Shown: positions 1 through 15,232, counted from the whole stretch's first letter. The stretch: 63,369 bases of DNA, filler included, from Reclinomonas americana ATCC 50394 (GCA_048213135.1; 14 parts of 14 records of this genome joined end to end with filler, not necessarily neighbours in it), one strand, 5' to 3'. Numbers and translations: made by a program. Notes: generated by a model from the letters alone, not told the origin.

Positions 1-3000
1 AAGCAAATCGTCGCCCACACCCGGTCCAGCATCTTGCTGCATGGGAGCAGGTGCGGCGGCCGCCGGCACCGCCTGGGAGAAGAAGCTGGCCGCCTGTGCG
101 TCGCCCACATCCGAGTCCGGTTGTTCGCTCTGCGGGTCACCATAACTTGAGCGCAAAGGAAAAACGGGGAAAGGGACAACTCGGCAGACGCAACGTGTGT
201 GATGAGCGTCAGCTTGCCATGATCGTGCTGCACGATGCGCTCCCACAAGTCCTCACGTCGAGCACCCGGTCTTCCGTGTGCATCGCGCAGCGCCAGCATG
301 AGGTTGTTGTATTCTTGTGGCTCGTTCACCTGAATGCAGCCGGTGCGGAAGTTGACCAGGCAGTCGACAATCTGTATCGCGGGCGGTGAGGCGTAACAAC
401 AATCACACCGGTCGTCAACATTTCCAGGCCGCACCTTGTTGTAGTACTGGTCGCCGATCGAGTCGCGAATGAGCTTGTGAATGACGTTGACCATTTCGCG
501 ATTGGCGACTGGCACGAGATCCGTGGTCTGATCGTGCACCATCGTCCAGTAGTCCTTGACGGGATTGGCCGAGCTGACAGTGGTCGGCCGCGTGGTGAAG
601 ATGGCGGCAATGTCGGCTGGCATGTTGCCGACGGCACTCGAGGCCACCGATGCGCCATCGTGGGCACCCGACCCGGAGGCGCCGTAGCTGTCCATGGTCG
701 GCAACTCGGCGTCGCCACCAAACACCTTGACCTTGGCCTTGGCGGCCGCCAGGTCGCCTGCACGTCAATGGTCAGAATGGGAAAGGGGGAGGTGGAGGGA
801 AGGGAGGAAGGGAGGGAGGGAAGTAAAGGGAATGGAGGAAGGGAGGAAAGAGAGAGAAAATGGAGGAAAGAGCGCGACACGGAGGGAGAAGAAGGGGGGA
901 GGGAGGCAGGAATGGAGGGAGATGGAGGGAAAAGAGGAGAGAGAGAGAAAGAGAGAGAGAGAGAAGGAGAAAATGGAGGAAAGAGAGAGTGAGCGCGTGA
1001 AAGAGTGCGAGGGAGTGAACGATAGAAGACTGGCCGCGACCAAAACGAACCGGGCTTGGTCGGAAACGCTTGTCGTGCAATTTCAATGCTGCCGGCCGCC
1101 TGTGCAAGGAAATCGCCGAGTGCGCTGTCCACCGATTGCTCCGGCAGCAGATATCTGGAAGCGGCGGCGTGAGTTACGGGCGCTCACAAACCAATCAACA
1201 TCGATGCGGAAAACCTGTCGATTGCTGGATCGCGAGGTGGCAAGTGCTTGTCCTTGGGGTTCATGGCGCGATGCGTCAGGCATTGGTAAAAGTGTTGCAG
1301 GCCGGGATTGTAGGTTTCGGAGGGTTTCAGGTATTCCACGGGCTCGCTGTTGACGCCGACACTCGATTAGTCACTGAATTCAACGCACTCACACTCGTCA
1401 CGCACCCTTCATCATCGCGAATGTCATCGGCCGTCAGGTCCATGCATCGTACCAAATCGCCCATCACACTCTGCTGGTGTGGCGTCACCGCCACTTCGGC
1501 AAATGACCCAAACTGGAAGTGCCTGCGCTCGCCGGAATCGATGTGAGCGGTGTGTGCGTCTCGCAGCAACAGATATGCAGCGATGCTCACCGATCGTCCT
1601 CGAGGAACGGCATCTGCACCCAGTACAGCACATCCATGTCGTGCTTGACCTCTGCGCGAGATGAGAACAAGCGAGTGGTGTGATGTGTGCAGGGGGAAGG
1701 GGACGCAACTGGGCATGAGGAAGCCGATCTTGGGCTCGCGGTTCTCCTGGTACACGTAGCGCGAGATGGCCCACACCTTCAGCTCCGCCATTGCACGCAC
1801 CAGAGCGGAGAGCGAGCCTGCACGAAAAAATGAGCCTCTGTGAAACGACGGACAACTGATGGGAAGATTGACGCAACGACTGGCCACATCGTCACCAGGC
1901 CACGACACAAAGCACGCCGCGTGCGACATTAGATGGTGGCCTGTCAGAAAGGTGAGCCGCGGAAGTGGTACAACGGCGCGTAGAAGACAACGCAACGAGG
2001 CACTTCGCTTTCTTGCACAAATGCCAGCACTTTCAGGCACTTGCTGGCGCCGTATTTGATGCTGCCCTCGGCCACCTTGTCAATGGGGATCTGCAGTCAC
2101 CAGCAAGCGGTGAGGGAAAACGCCAACGACTCCACCTCATTCCTCCTTCTGCCCCAATACGCAACGACATCGGAACCGTAGCGATACGCTCGTACCAGAT
2201 CCTCCTCGCTGACCTCCTTCTCCGGGTCCTCCACATCCACGTACGTCGACTGCATTGCAATGTGCGACACGTGGCCCTGCTTGTCGATGTAGACCTTGCG
2301 GGGTGTGGGGAACTTCGACTCGGTGGACTTGGTGAAGGCCCACACCTGCGAATCGGTGGTGAGCGCCTGCATCTCCACCACCACCACGATGACGAAGGGA
2401 GCGTGGCCACGCAACAGGGATCTGCACATCGCCCAGATCGAGTGTGGTGCGGCATGTGGATCGCTGCAGCACACTCTGTGCGATCGCCACCATCTCGTGT
2501 CAGGCAAGGAGCAGGAGGAGGAGGAGCAGTGTTGCGAGCAAAACCCGAACCTTGGAACGGAAACCCTTGAGCATGGTGAGCGCATCGTTGATGGGATAAA
2601 AGGAGCCGTCGCTGAGTTTGACGAGGCGCATGAGCAGACGCTGCGGCTGCGTGCCACCAGCCATGCGCACATCGCCACCACCATCATCATCTTCGTCATC
2701 GTCATCGTCCGCCGACACTGGCGGGAACTTGACACCACTGCGCATGCATGAGCGCGCGCGCACGGACAAGTGGCTTGAGAAAGACAAAAAACGCAACAGC
2801 ACTTGCAACTCTATGCCATTCGTCTTCAACCCGTGAGCAATGGTGGCGAGCTGCGAGGGATCCTTGATCTCCACACCTCCGGCAGTGACCACCAAAATAC
2901 GCTTCCGATACCGCTTGTTCTCACAGCGCCGCTGGATGAGGTCCATGCCCACAAGAACCGCATCAACCACTGTGTGTGGAGAGAGAGCGTGTCACAGCAC

Positions 3001-3469
3001 TGATGCACTTGTTTGCTTGCTCTCTCTTACAGACCATCGCCTTCTTGATACCCGCGCGTTGTGCTCTCCACCATGTGCATCATGTCGAGCTGCACTTTGG
3101 CCACAGGTGTGACCACTGTGATGTGCTCGTAGCCTTCGCTGCTCGGGTCGTACAGTGCGTTCTGTGTGTCTGCGTGGAGACGAGTGAGAGACAAGTCACA
3201 AGGGAACATGCACTTTCGCGGCATACCTCGTGTGCCCACCAGCACGATGCCAACCTCGTCATTCTTGCTGTGCAGCAGCTGTGCTCTCGCAAAGTCAGTG
3301 TGTGTGTGGAACAGGAGACAAGCAAGAGAGAGACCTTTCCCTGCAGTAATGACAACACTGCGGACTTGGCATCGTCCAGTGGTGCAGTGCCGCTGCTGAA
3401 TGCCTCGCACATGGTGTCGCCCACATCAATGACCACCACAGTGGCCTCTTTCATCGGAGCGCCTGCCAT
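1..3469 (-). CDS. XRCC5: Ku80 NHEJ DNA end-binding subunit, 16 introns; the last codons run off the window start
   Basis: Spliced exons give the vWA start (MKEATVVVIDVG...NDEVGIVLVGT...DAVLVGMDLI...KRILVVT), the core (VWAFTK...AYRYGSDVIPI...LSALVRAMAE...SRYVY...MPFLEDDRHFQF...YNPGLQHFYQCLTHRA), the C-terminal helical domain (SANPVKDY) and a ...GDDLL tail. All introns are GT-AG and keep the frame. Confidence 0.93.
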
Positions 3470-3566
3470 TTCTCTTCAAGCAAGTCGATGTCGACCGTAC
3501 AGTTTGTCATCGCTTATCGACTCGCTCGCGCCCTCACAAGCCGTTTCTCTCGTTTTTTGTTGTGCA

Positions 3567-4439
3567 ATGGCGTCGAGCAGCAATGGGCTGTCGCGTCTCC
3601 CTGCGTACAAGAGGCGGCAGCTCAAGTCGAGCATGCGGCGGAGCGGCAGTCAGGCGGCGGAGAGTGCGTCAGACGATCCTGAGTTGTTGAAAGTGGTGCG
3701 TCTTTATGGAGTGTTGGTCTCATTGCGCGTGCGTGTCGCTGATGGTTGAGGGGGTGGCGACAGCCGGGTGTGGCCAACGGGCTGCTCACCAGGGACGAGA
3801 TCAGGCAGTTCCGAGCGGCATTCGTGATGTTCGATGCCGACGCCTCCAACACCATTTCGGCGCGTGAGCTGGAGAATGTGCTCAACTACATGAGTTGCGT
3901 GTGCGGCAGGAGGGGGAGTGCGACTGCCGTGTGTGAGAGAGAAAGAGCTGAGCTTGGTCGCACAGACATCTATCCGACGGATGTGGAGCTGACAGAGATG
4001 ATCAAGGAGGCCGACAAGACTGGGGCCGGTGTGGTGCAATGGGAGGAGTTTGTGCAGATCATGTACAAGGTGGCAAAGGAGCGCATCCCCCCAGAAGACG
4101 AGATCAGGGAGGCTTTCATCACTTTCGACCGAAAGGTGAGTGCCGATCAAGCGCAGAGAGCACGAGGAAGGATCTGATCGGGCACGTGCAGGGCACTGGA
4201 CGCATCGGTGCCGGCGAACTGCGCGTAATCATGGAGCGTGTGGGCGAGCGCATCACCGAGCACGAGCTCAATTGCATCATGCTGGACGCAGGTGCCTCTT
4301 CACCAGTTTTGATCGATTGTCGAATGTGGTTTCTGACTTGTTTCAAACAGATCCAGAGGGCTCCGGCAGTGTCTCCATCGAGCACCTCATCCGCATGCTC
4401 ATGAACAAGCCAGGCGCCGTTATCACGGAGACAATGTAA
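3567..4439 (+). CDS. Calmodulin/centrin-like EF-hand protein with an N-terminal extension (4 introns)
   Basis: EIRQFRAAFVMFDADASNTISAREL, EADKTGAGVVQWEEF, EIREAFITFDRKGTGRIGAGEL and DADPEGSGSVSIEHL; TAA stop at 4437-4439. Confidence 0.88.
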
Positions 4440-4687
4440 TCGCAGAGAGCTTCTTTTTGGAATTCGATATTGCGTCACGAAGTCGACGTCATCCATTGAT
4501 CGCACATCACGCCGCCCGTAATTGCATACAGGCTTGCTATACGTGATCCTAATGCACCGCAGCTCACAGACAGCGTGCTTGAGTCGACTCGACTCGCTGC
4601 GGGCCCACGCGCGATTCGCATGACGTCACTCGGGAAAATTCCATTTTTCATCATCTTCTTTGAACTAACGCAAGAGAGAAAGCAACC

Positions 4688-5321
4688 ATGGGCCGCGACG
4701 ACGACCGCTACCACAACAAGACCGAGGCGGAGATGGATCGCCACTCCCGCACTGGCATGAGCAGTTGCGTGAAGAAAAGAAAAAGCATGGGTGTTTTCTT
4801 GTGTTGCTTTCCCCCGCAGGCTTTTCATGCTCAAACACGTGCATTTCACTCTCGTCTGTCTCTCCATCTTGTGCGCCTTCTTGTTCTTCTGCTCCACCAC
4901 ACACGTCGCGCGCATCTTTTTGCGTGTGCACAAACATGACTCGTGCATGATTCCTTGTGCTCAGTTTGCAAACCGTTTTCCCCACGCACTCACTCACTCT
5001 TTTCCCTATTCCCTCACTGCATTGTGCCACCACCACCACAGACCAGCCAGCCAAGGGCGGCTTTGGCGGCAAGGTGAGAGAGAGAGAGAGTGGGGGGGAA
5101 AACGTCATGTCGCGCGTAATCACCTCACCACTTTTTGTTTTTGTTGTGTAGGGCACCTGGGAGGGCCCCAGAGGCGAGGAGTCACCTGCGCCGCTGCACC
5201 CCGACGACCCGATGTATGTGCCCGAGGAGGAATCGGTCAGTGTGTGTGACTCACCTCGATTTGCTCTCCCCAACACACAGTCACTCACTCTTTGTGTGTG
5301 CAGGAGAAGGGCCACAAGTGA
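4688..5321 (+). CDS. 69-aa protein with a PDCD4-N-terminal/Stf2/SERBP1-like motif (4 exons)
   Basis: Exons 4688-4763, 5042-5073, 5152-5235 and 5304-5321 splice in frame to MGRDDDRYHNKTEAEMDRHSRTGMSNQPAKGGFGGKGTWEGPRGEESPAPLHPDDPMYVPEEESEKGHK. Confidence 0.7.
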
Positions 5322-5496
5322 GCAACCGAGTGAGTGAGAATGAGCGGGGATGTGCAGTGAGAAAAACAAAAAGTGAGAGGAGGGATTGAGCCTCTACCAA
5401 CCAAGGGAGTGTACGTGCTTGCATTTGTACAGCTGCATGCGCTCATTGCGTTCTATGTCGCCACCATCGTCTCCACGTCGGCACCAACTGTGCGCT

Positions 5497-6566
5497 TCAC
5501 AAGTCAACACACAAAGACAACAACAGAAAAGATCTTCCGATATCCGCCACGGAACGTACCCACAACGAGAGCCACCGACGCAGTGTCTGCCACAATCCCG
5601 CCCACATCTCGTGCGCAGCTGCGAGGAAGCCGCGACGACGACGATCACCAATCTCCAGTTCAGTGTCGAGGTCGATCTGCGGCAGCGGGTCGTCGTTGTC
5701 GTCAATGGGTGTGGGGAGCTCGTCGGCTGTCGGTTGTGTGTCGTCGTTGGTGCGCTCCTGTCCGAGGTGCTCCATCGAGTACAGTGTACGCTCGAATTTG
5801 TCGGCCAGGAGACGCGCCAGGCGCCGGTCTTCGATCTCGTTTACCTCCCAGCCGTGCGCCGTGCCGGCCAGGTCGAACACGTTGAGGCGGCGCATGATTT
5901 GCCGGCGCACAGCGTCCCATCGGTCTGCCCGATGCCTCGTGAGACGAAGGGGAGGTGAGGGTGACGACGACGCACCAAGACGCACCAAAGATGCGGCGAA
6001 TGACAAAGTCTTGTGGAATGGCCAGGCGGCTGGCCAGCTGCTGCGCCTGCACCTCCACCTCGCGCACCCACGCCGCCGGTCGACTCTGCACGCCAGCGCG
6101 GCAGTCAGCGCACTGCACACCGCATCTCCTCTCCTCATTACGAAAAAAACACCTGTCGCCACAACCGCTCGCTGCGGCGCACCCACTCGTCGACCAGTCG
6201 CCGTGCATACCCATCGACCAGGTATTGATAGTTGACATCGTCTGCGCTGCGTGTCAGTCGCCACACTATGCTCTGGAGATCGACGATAGCCACGTGTAGC
6301 ACCTCGCGAGTAGTACCGCCCAGCATCCGACTGCACGCGATACTCGTCACGAGCGACCGCAGCGCGTCCCTTGCCGTGTCGTGCCACCTGCGAGTGTCTG
6401 TAGTACGCCGACGGTGGCAGGTACTGATTGCGTGCCGATAGCGTGTGTGCTGCACCGTACGAGGAGGCATCGCGCGACGGCTCGTACGTCCAGCCGGGCT
6501 CTGCGGAGCTCGTGAACGGTCGTGCGTCGCCGAGTGTCGATGTGGCGCCACTCAACGTGCGACGGG
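5497..6566 (-). CDS. Hypothetical protein, 3' exons (5' end probably in or near the gap)
   Basis: GC-rich open segments with GT-AG boundaries (YLVDGYARRLVDEWVRR; WVREVEVQAQQLASRL; RWDAVRRQIMRRLNVFDL). No domain recognised. Confidence 0.4.
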
Positions 6567-6828
6567 TGACCCGTGACTGTGGAGGAGGAGAAGGAGGGGG
6601 GGAGAAGGGGAAGGAGAAGGACAGTGTGAGAACAGGAGGAGGAGAAGAGGATGAGGAACAAGGGAAGGAGGGAGGAGGAAGAGGAGAAGGAGGAGGAGAA
6701 GGAGGAGAAGGCGAACGACAAGAAACACAATCAGGAGGAAGCGTAGGATACGCGATAGTGCGAAAGCATGAGGAGGAAGAGGAACAACAACAAAAACAAG
6801 AAGAAGAAGAAGAAGAAGAAGAAGAAGA

Positions 6829-6928
6829 NNNNNNNNNNNNNNNNNNNNNNNNNNNNNNNNNNNNNNNNNNNNTTAATTAATTAANNNNNNNNNNNNNNNN
6901 NNNNNNNNNNNNNNNNNNNNNNNNNNNN
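6829..6928. other. Artificial 100-nt contig linker (N-run / TTAATTAATTAA / N-run)
   Basis: The same six-frame-stop linker also occurs at 10676-10775, 14459-14558, 15990-16089, 19373-19472, 30099-30198, 32810-32909, 37273-37372, 39248-39347, 41100-41199, 44588-44687, 59419-59518 and 61735-61834. Confidence 0.98.
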
Positions 6929-6969
6929 AAATCAGTACTCATGGTCAGGTGATCGAGCGTAAAAGAGAC

Positions 6970-9049
6970 TCACGCTGACAGCCGCCGTTCTTCTCTGCAT
7001 GGATGCAACACAAGAGGTGAGTCACACTGCGTTGAGAGAGGAGGGGGGGGGGGGGAGGGGGCGGGGGAGGAAGGAGACGCAACCAATGGGCTTGTGGCAC
7101 TTGGGACAGTCCTGCGATGACACACAATGTGAGAAGAGGCAACAACATAATGAGATGGCATCTCAACCACACAAACCTTGGTGTTGGCCTGAATCCACGT
7201 GCACGTTTCCGAGTCGTCCTTGCACTTTTTCTTCCACGCTCGCATCATGTCGCAGGTGGCGGGCGAGTGCACTTGTTCCGAGCAGCGGAAGCTTTAGAGG
7301 GCCAAAGGGAAGGGGGGGAAAGGGTGAGAGGGAGGGAGGGAGAGGGGAAGGGAAGGGAGAGGGGGGAAAGGGGAAAAGGGAAGGGGGGAGGAGGGGAGGG
7401 AAGAAGTGGGAGCGAGAGAGGAGAGAACGGAGGGACGGAGGGGAAAGGGTGGGAGTCGAAAGATGTGAGACGCGAGAGAGAATGAGAGAAGAGCGAAGGA
7501 CAATGAAGCGGGGGAACATAATGTCGAGAAAGGCGACAACAGACAAACAGTGTCACTTTGTAGAAAGGGGTGCTGAATGAGGTCAGCAGAAACAACGAGG
7601 AGTAGCGGTGGGGTGTGGAAAGGTGAATGTCGTATGAGACGAGTCGAGTCATCGTGAGACACGGTGGGGCGAGGAGCAGTGAGTTCAAGAAGGCGATAAG
7701 AGGCACAATGCAGAAGAAGGAGAAAGAAGTAGAGAGAGAAGAGATGCAGTGAGCGAGTAGTGTGGCCAAGAAAGGAAGTTTGAGGAGGTGAACAGAGATA
7801 CACAAAGGAGAGGCAAGTCGAAAAAGACGAGAGGCAGTGAACGACTGGTGCGCAAAGAAGGAAAGTTGAAGGACAAGTAGGATGGAGTCGACTGGGGCGG
7901 TAAGCGACACAGAGGTGCGACGGGAACAAGCATGATGTAGGAAAAGGCACGGTGACAGACAATGTGTTACGAGGAATTGACAAATAGGGCAGGAAGAGTT
8001 AAAGATCGTGACAGCGGGTGTGGCAAGTCGAAAGAGGCACGGAGAAGACAGCGGTTAAATGCAAAGGTGGACAGAAACGAGAGGGACTCGGACAGAGATA
8101 ACGCTTTGCCAGACTCGTGCTCACCAGAACCGACATCCGCAGCGGCACTTGATGTCCCAATTCGGCTCGCTGAGACCAAACACACGCACTGCGCAGCCGC
8201 ACGACGGCACCGACGGGCACCAGCACACAAATGGAGCGTCCTCCACGTACGACTCGTTGATGGACTGCCAGTACCGCTGCCGTACGGCCACATCCTGCAC
8301 GACTCTGTTTCACGACGGTCAGTCCACATCCCTTCAAGAAAAGCTCCCTCCGGGCGCCACGCACTTCATGACCACGTCCTCATCGAGTACGGTGCGGCAC
8401 TTGTGACCCATGCAGTGCAGGTTGCGGCTCTGGCCCTCGCGAATGTTCATCTCCACGTACGTGGTCCAGCAGCCGAGGCAGAAACGATGGCCGCACGAGC
8501 CCGGCGACAGCGTCTCCGACAGCGGGTAGTCGCCGTAGCACGTTTCGCAGAGGACCTCGGCTTCTGCACCTGCGCATCACTACCATGGGCGACTGCACCG
8601 TACGAAGCAGCAGTTCATGCACACTCACCACCAGCGGTGGACGAGGTCGATTTTGGCTGGGCGGCCGAGTCGAGTGCAGCCAGTTCTTCGGCGGTCAGGC
8701 TGAGGCCGGCGTCCTCGAAGACCTTGTCGCGACCGGCGTCGTAGTAGCTGAGGCGCGAGGGGGGAGAAGGGGTGAGGAGGGGGGAGAGGGGGGAGGGTGG
8801 AGAAGGAGAGGGGAGAAGGAGACGGGGAGAGAGAGGGAGAGAGAGGGAAGGAAAGGGGGGAGGGCAATCTGTGAGAGGATGACATACACATGGGGTAAAG
8901 ACGACGCACATCGAAAGAGAGCAGCATAGAGCCAAGGGAGCATGTGCGGAACGAGAGAACATGTCTCAAACTCTCGAGAACAGCCAAATCCATGCAAGAA
9001 GCAAGGTGGCAGGACAAGAGCCGTACAGGGTCGGCATGGGATGCGCGTC

Positions 9050-9089
<40 letters not shown>

Positions 9090-10079
9090 TACAGCACAAA
9101 GAACAGCCAAATCCATGCAAGAACAGTGGCAAGGTGGCAAGACAAGAGCAGCGGTAAGCACGGGATGTGTGGGTGAGAGAGATAGACAGAGAGAGTGTGA
9201 AAGAGTGAGGGAGGGAGAGAGAGAGAAGTGAGAAAGAGAGAGTACGTCACAAAGTCGATAGGAGAACAGCCAAATACATGCAACAAATGTGGCAAGAGAA
9301 GCGCAGAAGGCAGCCGTACAGCGTCAGCATGGGATGCGTGTGAGAAGGAGAAAGAGAGAGATCGTCACACTTGTGTATTGTCGCACCGATTGAGCAGCCT
9401 CTCCGAGTCCCACTGATACTTGCGAAAGAGCACGCGGATCAACGACATGGGAATGGCCATGATATCCTGCACCTTGTGCAGCTCCGCCTCCTGCACCTTG
9501 ATGATATCGTCCGCTCTCAACACTTGTGACTCACAGAATTGAACGAAATGCACATGAAATGACATGCAAGAGGAAGAGGAATCACACACACCATCATAGG
9601 TCACACGCATGCGACTCGGCCCCGCAGGCTCCATTCGTTGGTGATCCGGCGAGAACGATGGAACATACACGAGCTCGCTGTCTGTGAGTGAGAGAGAGAC
9701 ACAAATAGAGAATGAGAGAGAATGAGAGTGAGCATCTTGTGTAATAATGCGGGGAGAGAGAGAGAGAGAGGAGGGAGAGTGTGTGTGTGTCTTGTGTTAC
9801 ACGCACAGAGAGAGAACGCGCATGAGTGACAACTTCACATGTCTCTCTCTGTGTGTGAGAGAGTGCTCTCCTCGCACACTCGCACGCACACACAGTGTCT
9901 CTCTGCATGTGTGTGTGTGCGTGCTTGTGTGTCTCTCTTGTCACAGAGAGTGACTATGCACTCTCTCTCTCTCTCTCTCTCTTTGTGTGTATGTGTGTGT
10001 CTCTCTCACAGTGAGACACACCATCACTCTCCTCGCCCTCCTCAAACTCAAACTCCATCTCCTCATCAGAGTCGCTCAT
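6970..10079 (-). CDS. Ariadne-family RBR E3 ubiquitin ligase (3' end lost in the gap)
   Basis: Acidic N-terminus MSDSDEEMEFE; UBA-like LIRVLFRKYQWDSERL; RING1 CETC...CGHRFCLGCW...CMGHKC; IBR WCPSVPSC...CRCGCRFCFRC...HSPATC; RING2 start [22 protein letters not shown]. Confidence 0.9.
8977..9340. repeat. Degenerate minisatellite (3 copies) inside an Ariadne intron
   Basis: AGAACAGCCAAAT(C/A)CATGCAA...GTGGCA...GCA(T/C)GGGATG occurs near 8977, 9100 and 9262, separated by TG/AG microsatellites. Confidence 0.8.
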
Positions 10080-10200
10080 TCTCACAGACACACACAGACA
10101 CACACAAGACACACAGTCTGCTCTCTCTCTCACACAAACACACACAAAAGAGTGTTGTCAGGCAGGACAAAGGCTTTTTCTCTCTCAGTGTGTCACAAGA

Positions 10201-10496
10201 ATGGGCATTCTGCAGTCACTTTCACGCGCACGCAAGCCTGTTGTTGACTTGGCCACTGTGTATGCCATGTGTTGCGTGAGAGCAATGAGTGAGAGAGAGA
10301 GAGACAGAGAGTTATTTTCTCTCACTTTGTGTGTGTCACTCTCACTCTCAGTGGATGATCCGTCGTTGACGCGGATTGAGACTGTGTTTCAGAAGTTTTG
10401 TGGTGAGTGGTGTTGTGTAAAGTGAGAGCAAGGGGGGAAAGAGAGAGAAAGAGAGGCAATGAGAGAGAGAGAGACAGAGAGAGAGAGGGAGGGAGG

Positions 10497-10552
<56 letters not shown>

Positions 10553-12807
10553 AGAGAGACGACGAACGTACGGTACGGTACGGTACGTAGTCGTACGTAC
10601 GTACGTACGTAGTACGTCGGTACGGTCGTACGTAGTACGTACGTACGTACGTACGTACGTACCGTACGACGTACGNNNNNNNNNNNNNNNNNNNNNNNNN
10701 NNNNNNNNNNNNNNNNNNNTTAATTAATTAANNNNNNNNNNNNNNNNNNNNNNNNNNNNNNNNNNNNNNNNNNNNCTTCTCTCTCTCTCTCTCTCTCTCT
10801 CTTGCACGCTGGAGGCATCGCTCGTTCCTAAAGCTCGGGAGAGATCAAGGCGTTTCTGCGTTGTTCTGTCTGTCTCTCAAGGCATCGCTCGTTTCCTCAA
10901 GCTCAGGAGAAGAGCTTCACCTTCCTTCTCTCTCTCTCTCTTTCTCTTGTGCGCTGGAGGTATCGCTCGTTCCTCAAGCTCGAGAGAGATCAAGGCGTTT
11001 TTCCTTTGTTCTGTCTGTCTCTCAAGGCATCGCTCGTTTCTCAAGCTCAGGAGAAGAGCTTCACCGTTCTCCTTCTCTCTCTCTTGTACGCTGGAGGCAT
11101 CGCTCGTTTCTCAAGCTCGAGAGAGGATTCTTTTCTGTCTGTCTCTCAAGGCATCGCTCGTTTCTCAAGCTCTGGAGAAGAGAGAGAGAGAGAGTCATGA
11201 TGCTTGTTCGTCACTCACTTTCCCTTATTCATCAGACACGGCAACATCGGATGGCATGCCTGCGGTGCGTTCTTCTCCTCCCCTCTGCTTCCTGCCGTCG
11301 CTCACTCTTCTTCGCTCTCCAGATGTCAACACAATCGTTCTTGAAGTTGTATCTGGAAGAGTGGCGACACGTGGTAATGCCCGCGGAGCGGTGCTTTGAT
11401 GTCGGCGATGTGTCGAGCACGGACATGCTGCGCTTTGTTGCGTGTTGTGTCTATCCTCTCTCTTTCGCCACTCTCTCCTCGCTGATCTGTGCTGCAACAG
11501 GAGGACTACATCACAATCGAGGCGGTGCGCATGCAGGGCTCCACGGAAATGAGGAGAGCATGTGCGTTGCTTGCTCCCTGTCCAGTCGTTTGTGCGTGCA
11601 CTCACATGCCTGTGCTGGCAGTGATCTTCCGCATGTTGGATGTGGATGGTGACGAGTTTGTGTCGTTCACCGACTTGCAGCGCATCTACCGTGGCCAGAT
11701 GGAGCAGTTCAAGGTTTTTATGGATTGTTGTTCATCGTGAGTGCGTTCTCGTTTCGTGACACTGTCGTGGTGGTGCAGTACGCACTGACGCAGACGTTCA
11801 AGTCGAACACGGAGGAGTTGAACGAGTTGAATACACTGCTCGAGCCGTTTGTGGAGGCCGGGTTGAACCGTGTGCTGACTGGGTTCTTTGCCGAGGTTTG
11901 TTTGATCGGAAGCTCTCCTCTCCTTCACTTGTCCTCCTTCTGTGTCTGTCGGTCTGTCTTGTGTGCGTGTATGTGTGTCTTGGTTGGATGGACAAGGAGA
12001 GTAGAGAGAGAGAGACCTGTCTGTCTCCTTGTGCCTACGTCTTTCTGTGTTCCTGTCTGCATCTGACTTCTCTCCCTTGGCTCTCTGTCTTTCTGTGTGT
12101 CTCTGCGTGTGCCTGTCACTCTCTATCTACTTGCCTGCCCGTCTGTTTGTCTACCTTGCTCTCTCACTCTCTCCGTGGTTGCCTGTCTTTCTGTGTGTGT
12201 CTTTGTGTGTCTGTCTCTCTGTGCCTGAATGCTTCTGTGTGCCTGCCTGTCTGTGTTCTTGTGGCTGTCTATTAGTGTGCTTCTGTGTGTGTCTCTCTCT
12301 GTGTCTGCTTGTGTCTGGCTGTGTCTGGCTGTCTGTCTCAGTCTCTCTCTCTCCCTCTCCTTGTGGCTGTCTGTCTCTCTGTGTGCTGTGTGTGTGTGTG
12401 TGTGCGTGTGTGTCTGTCTGTCTTCCTGCCTGTCCGACTGTCTGTCTGCCTTGCTCTGTATCTCCCTCCATCTTCCCCTGCCCCTTTCCCTTCATCTCCC
12501 TCTCCCTCCTTCCACCTCCCCCATTCCCCCTTACCCTCCATCTCCCCTCTTCCCTCCACAACCAGGCCACCGGCAGCCCCTCCGGCAAACTCAACGAGGC
12601 CGATTTCAACGCACTGGCCGACCGCGACCCGCGCTTCAACGAGTGGCTGAGCTACTTGCTGGTTGCGTCATCGTCTCCTTCCTCCTTCCCCCGTTATCGC
12701 ACCTCACCTTTTTCGCACAGCCCGCACCACAAGACGAAAAAATCTCGCTGCTGCGCACGATTCCAGTGCTGACCGAACCCGAGCCGGCGGCGTGTATTTG
12801 TCAATGA
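10201..12807 (+). CDS. NCS/calcineurin-B-like EF-hand protein with an N-myristoylation motif and a C-terminal CaaX box
   Basis: Starts MGILQS; contains [40 protein letters not shown] and GKLNEADF; ends PAACICQ-stop. Spans the linker at 10676. Confidence 0.75.
10803..11175. repeat. Intronic minisatellite, about 6 copies of GG(C/T)ATCGCTCGTT(T/C)CT(C/A)AAGCTC
   Basis: Copies near 10814, 10881, 10959, 11026, 11096 and 11150 with alternating flanks. Confidence 0.85.
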
Positions 12808-12940
12808 TATTAATTGAACATCGAAAACCCACTTCACCAAACAAAACACATACAAATGCACACACGTAGCGCCCCCTGTGACAAAACTTCCCCACTTCGC
12901 CGGCGAGACAAGGACCAACACACTCAAAATCCATCCCACC

Positions 12941-15232
<2,292 letters not shown>

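Noticed and set aside
189..2797. GTTGCG introns as an Introner-type mobile family
   Set aside because: Similarity is confined to the first 6-7 nt; bodies, lengths and 3' ends are unrelated and no TIRs or TSDs are seen.
6829..6928. Repeated TTAATTAATTAA palindrome within N-runs
   Set aside because: Synthetic six-frame-stop linker, identical at all 13 joins.
10561..10675. (TACG)n-like runs, also at ~27700-27830, 32750-32809, 32910-33000 and 44700-44790
   Set aside because: They follow long microsatellites or sit at contig ends and mirror the TACG flow order of pyrosequencing, so they are most likely read-noise artefacts.
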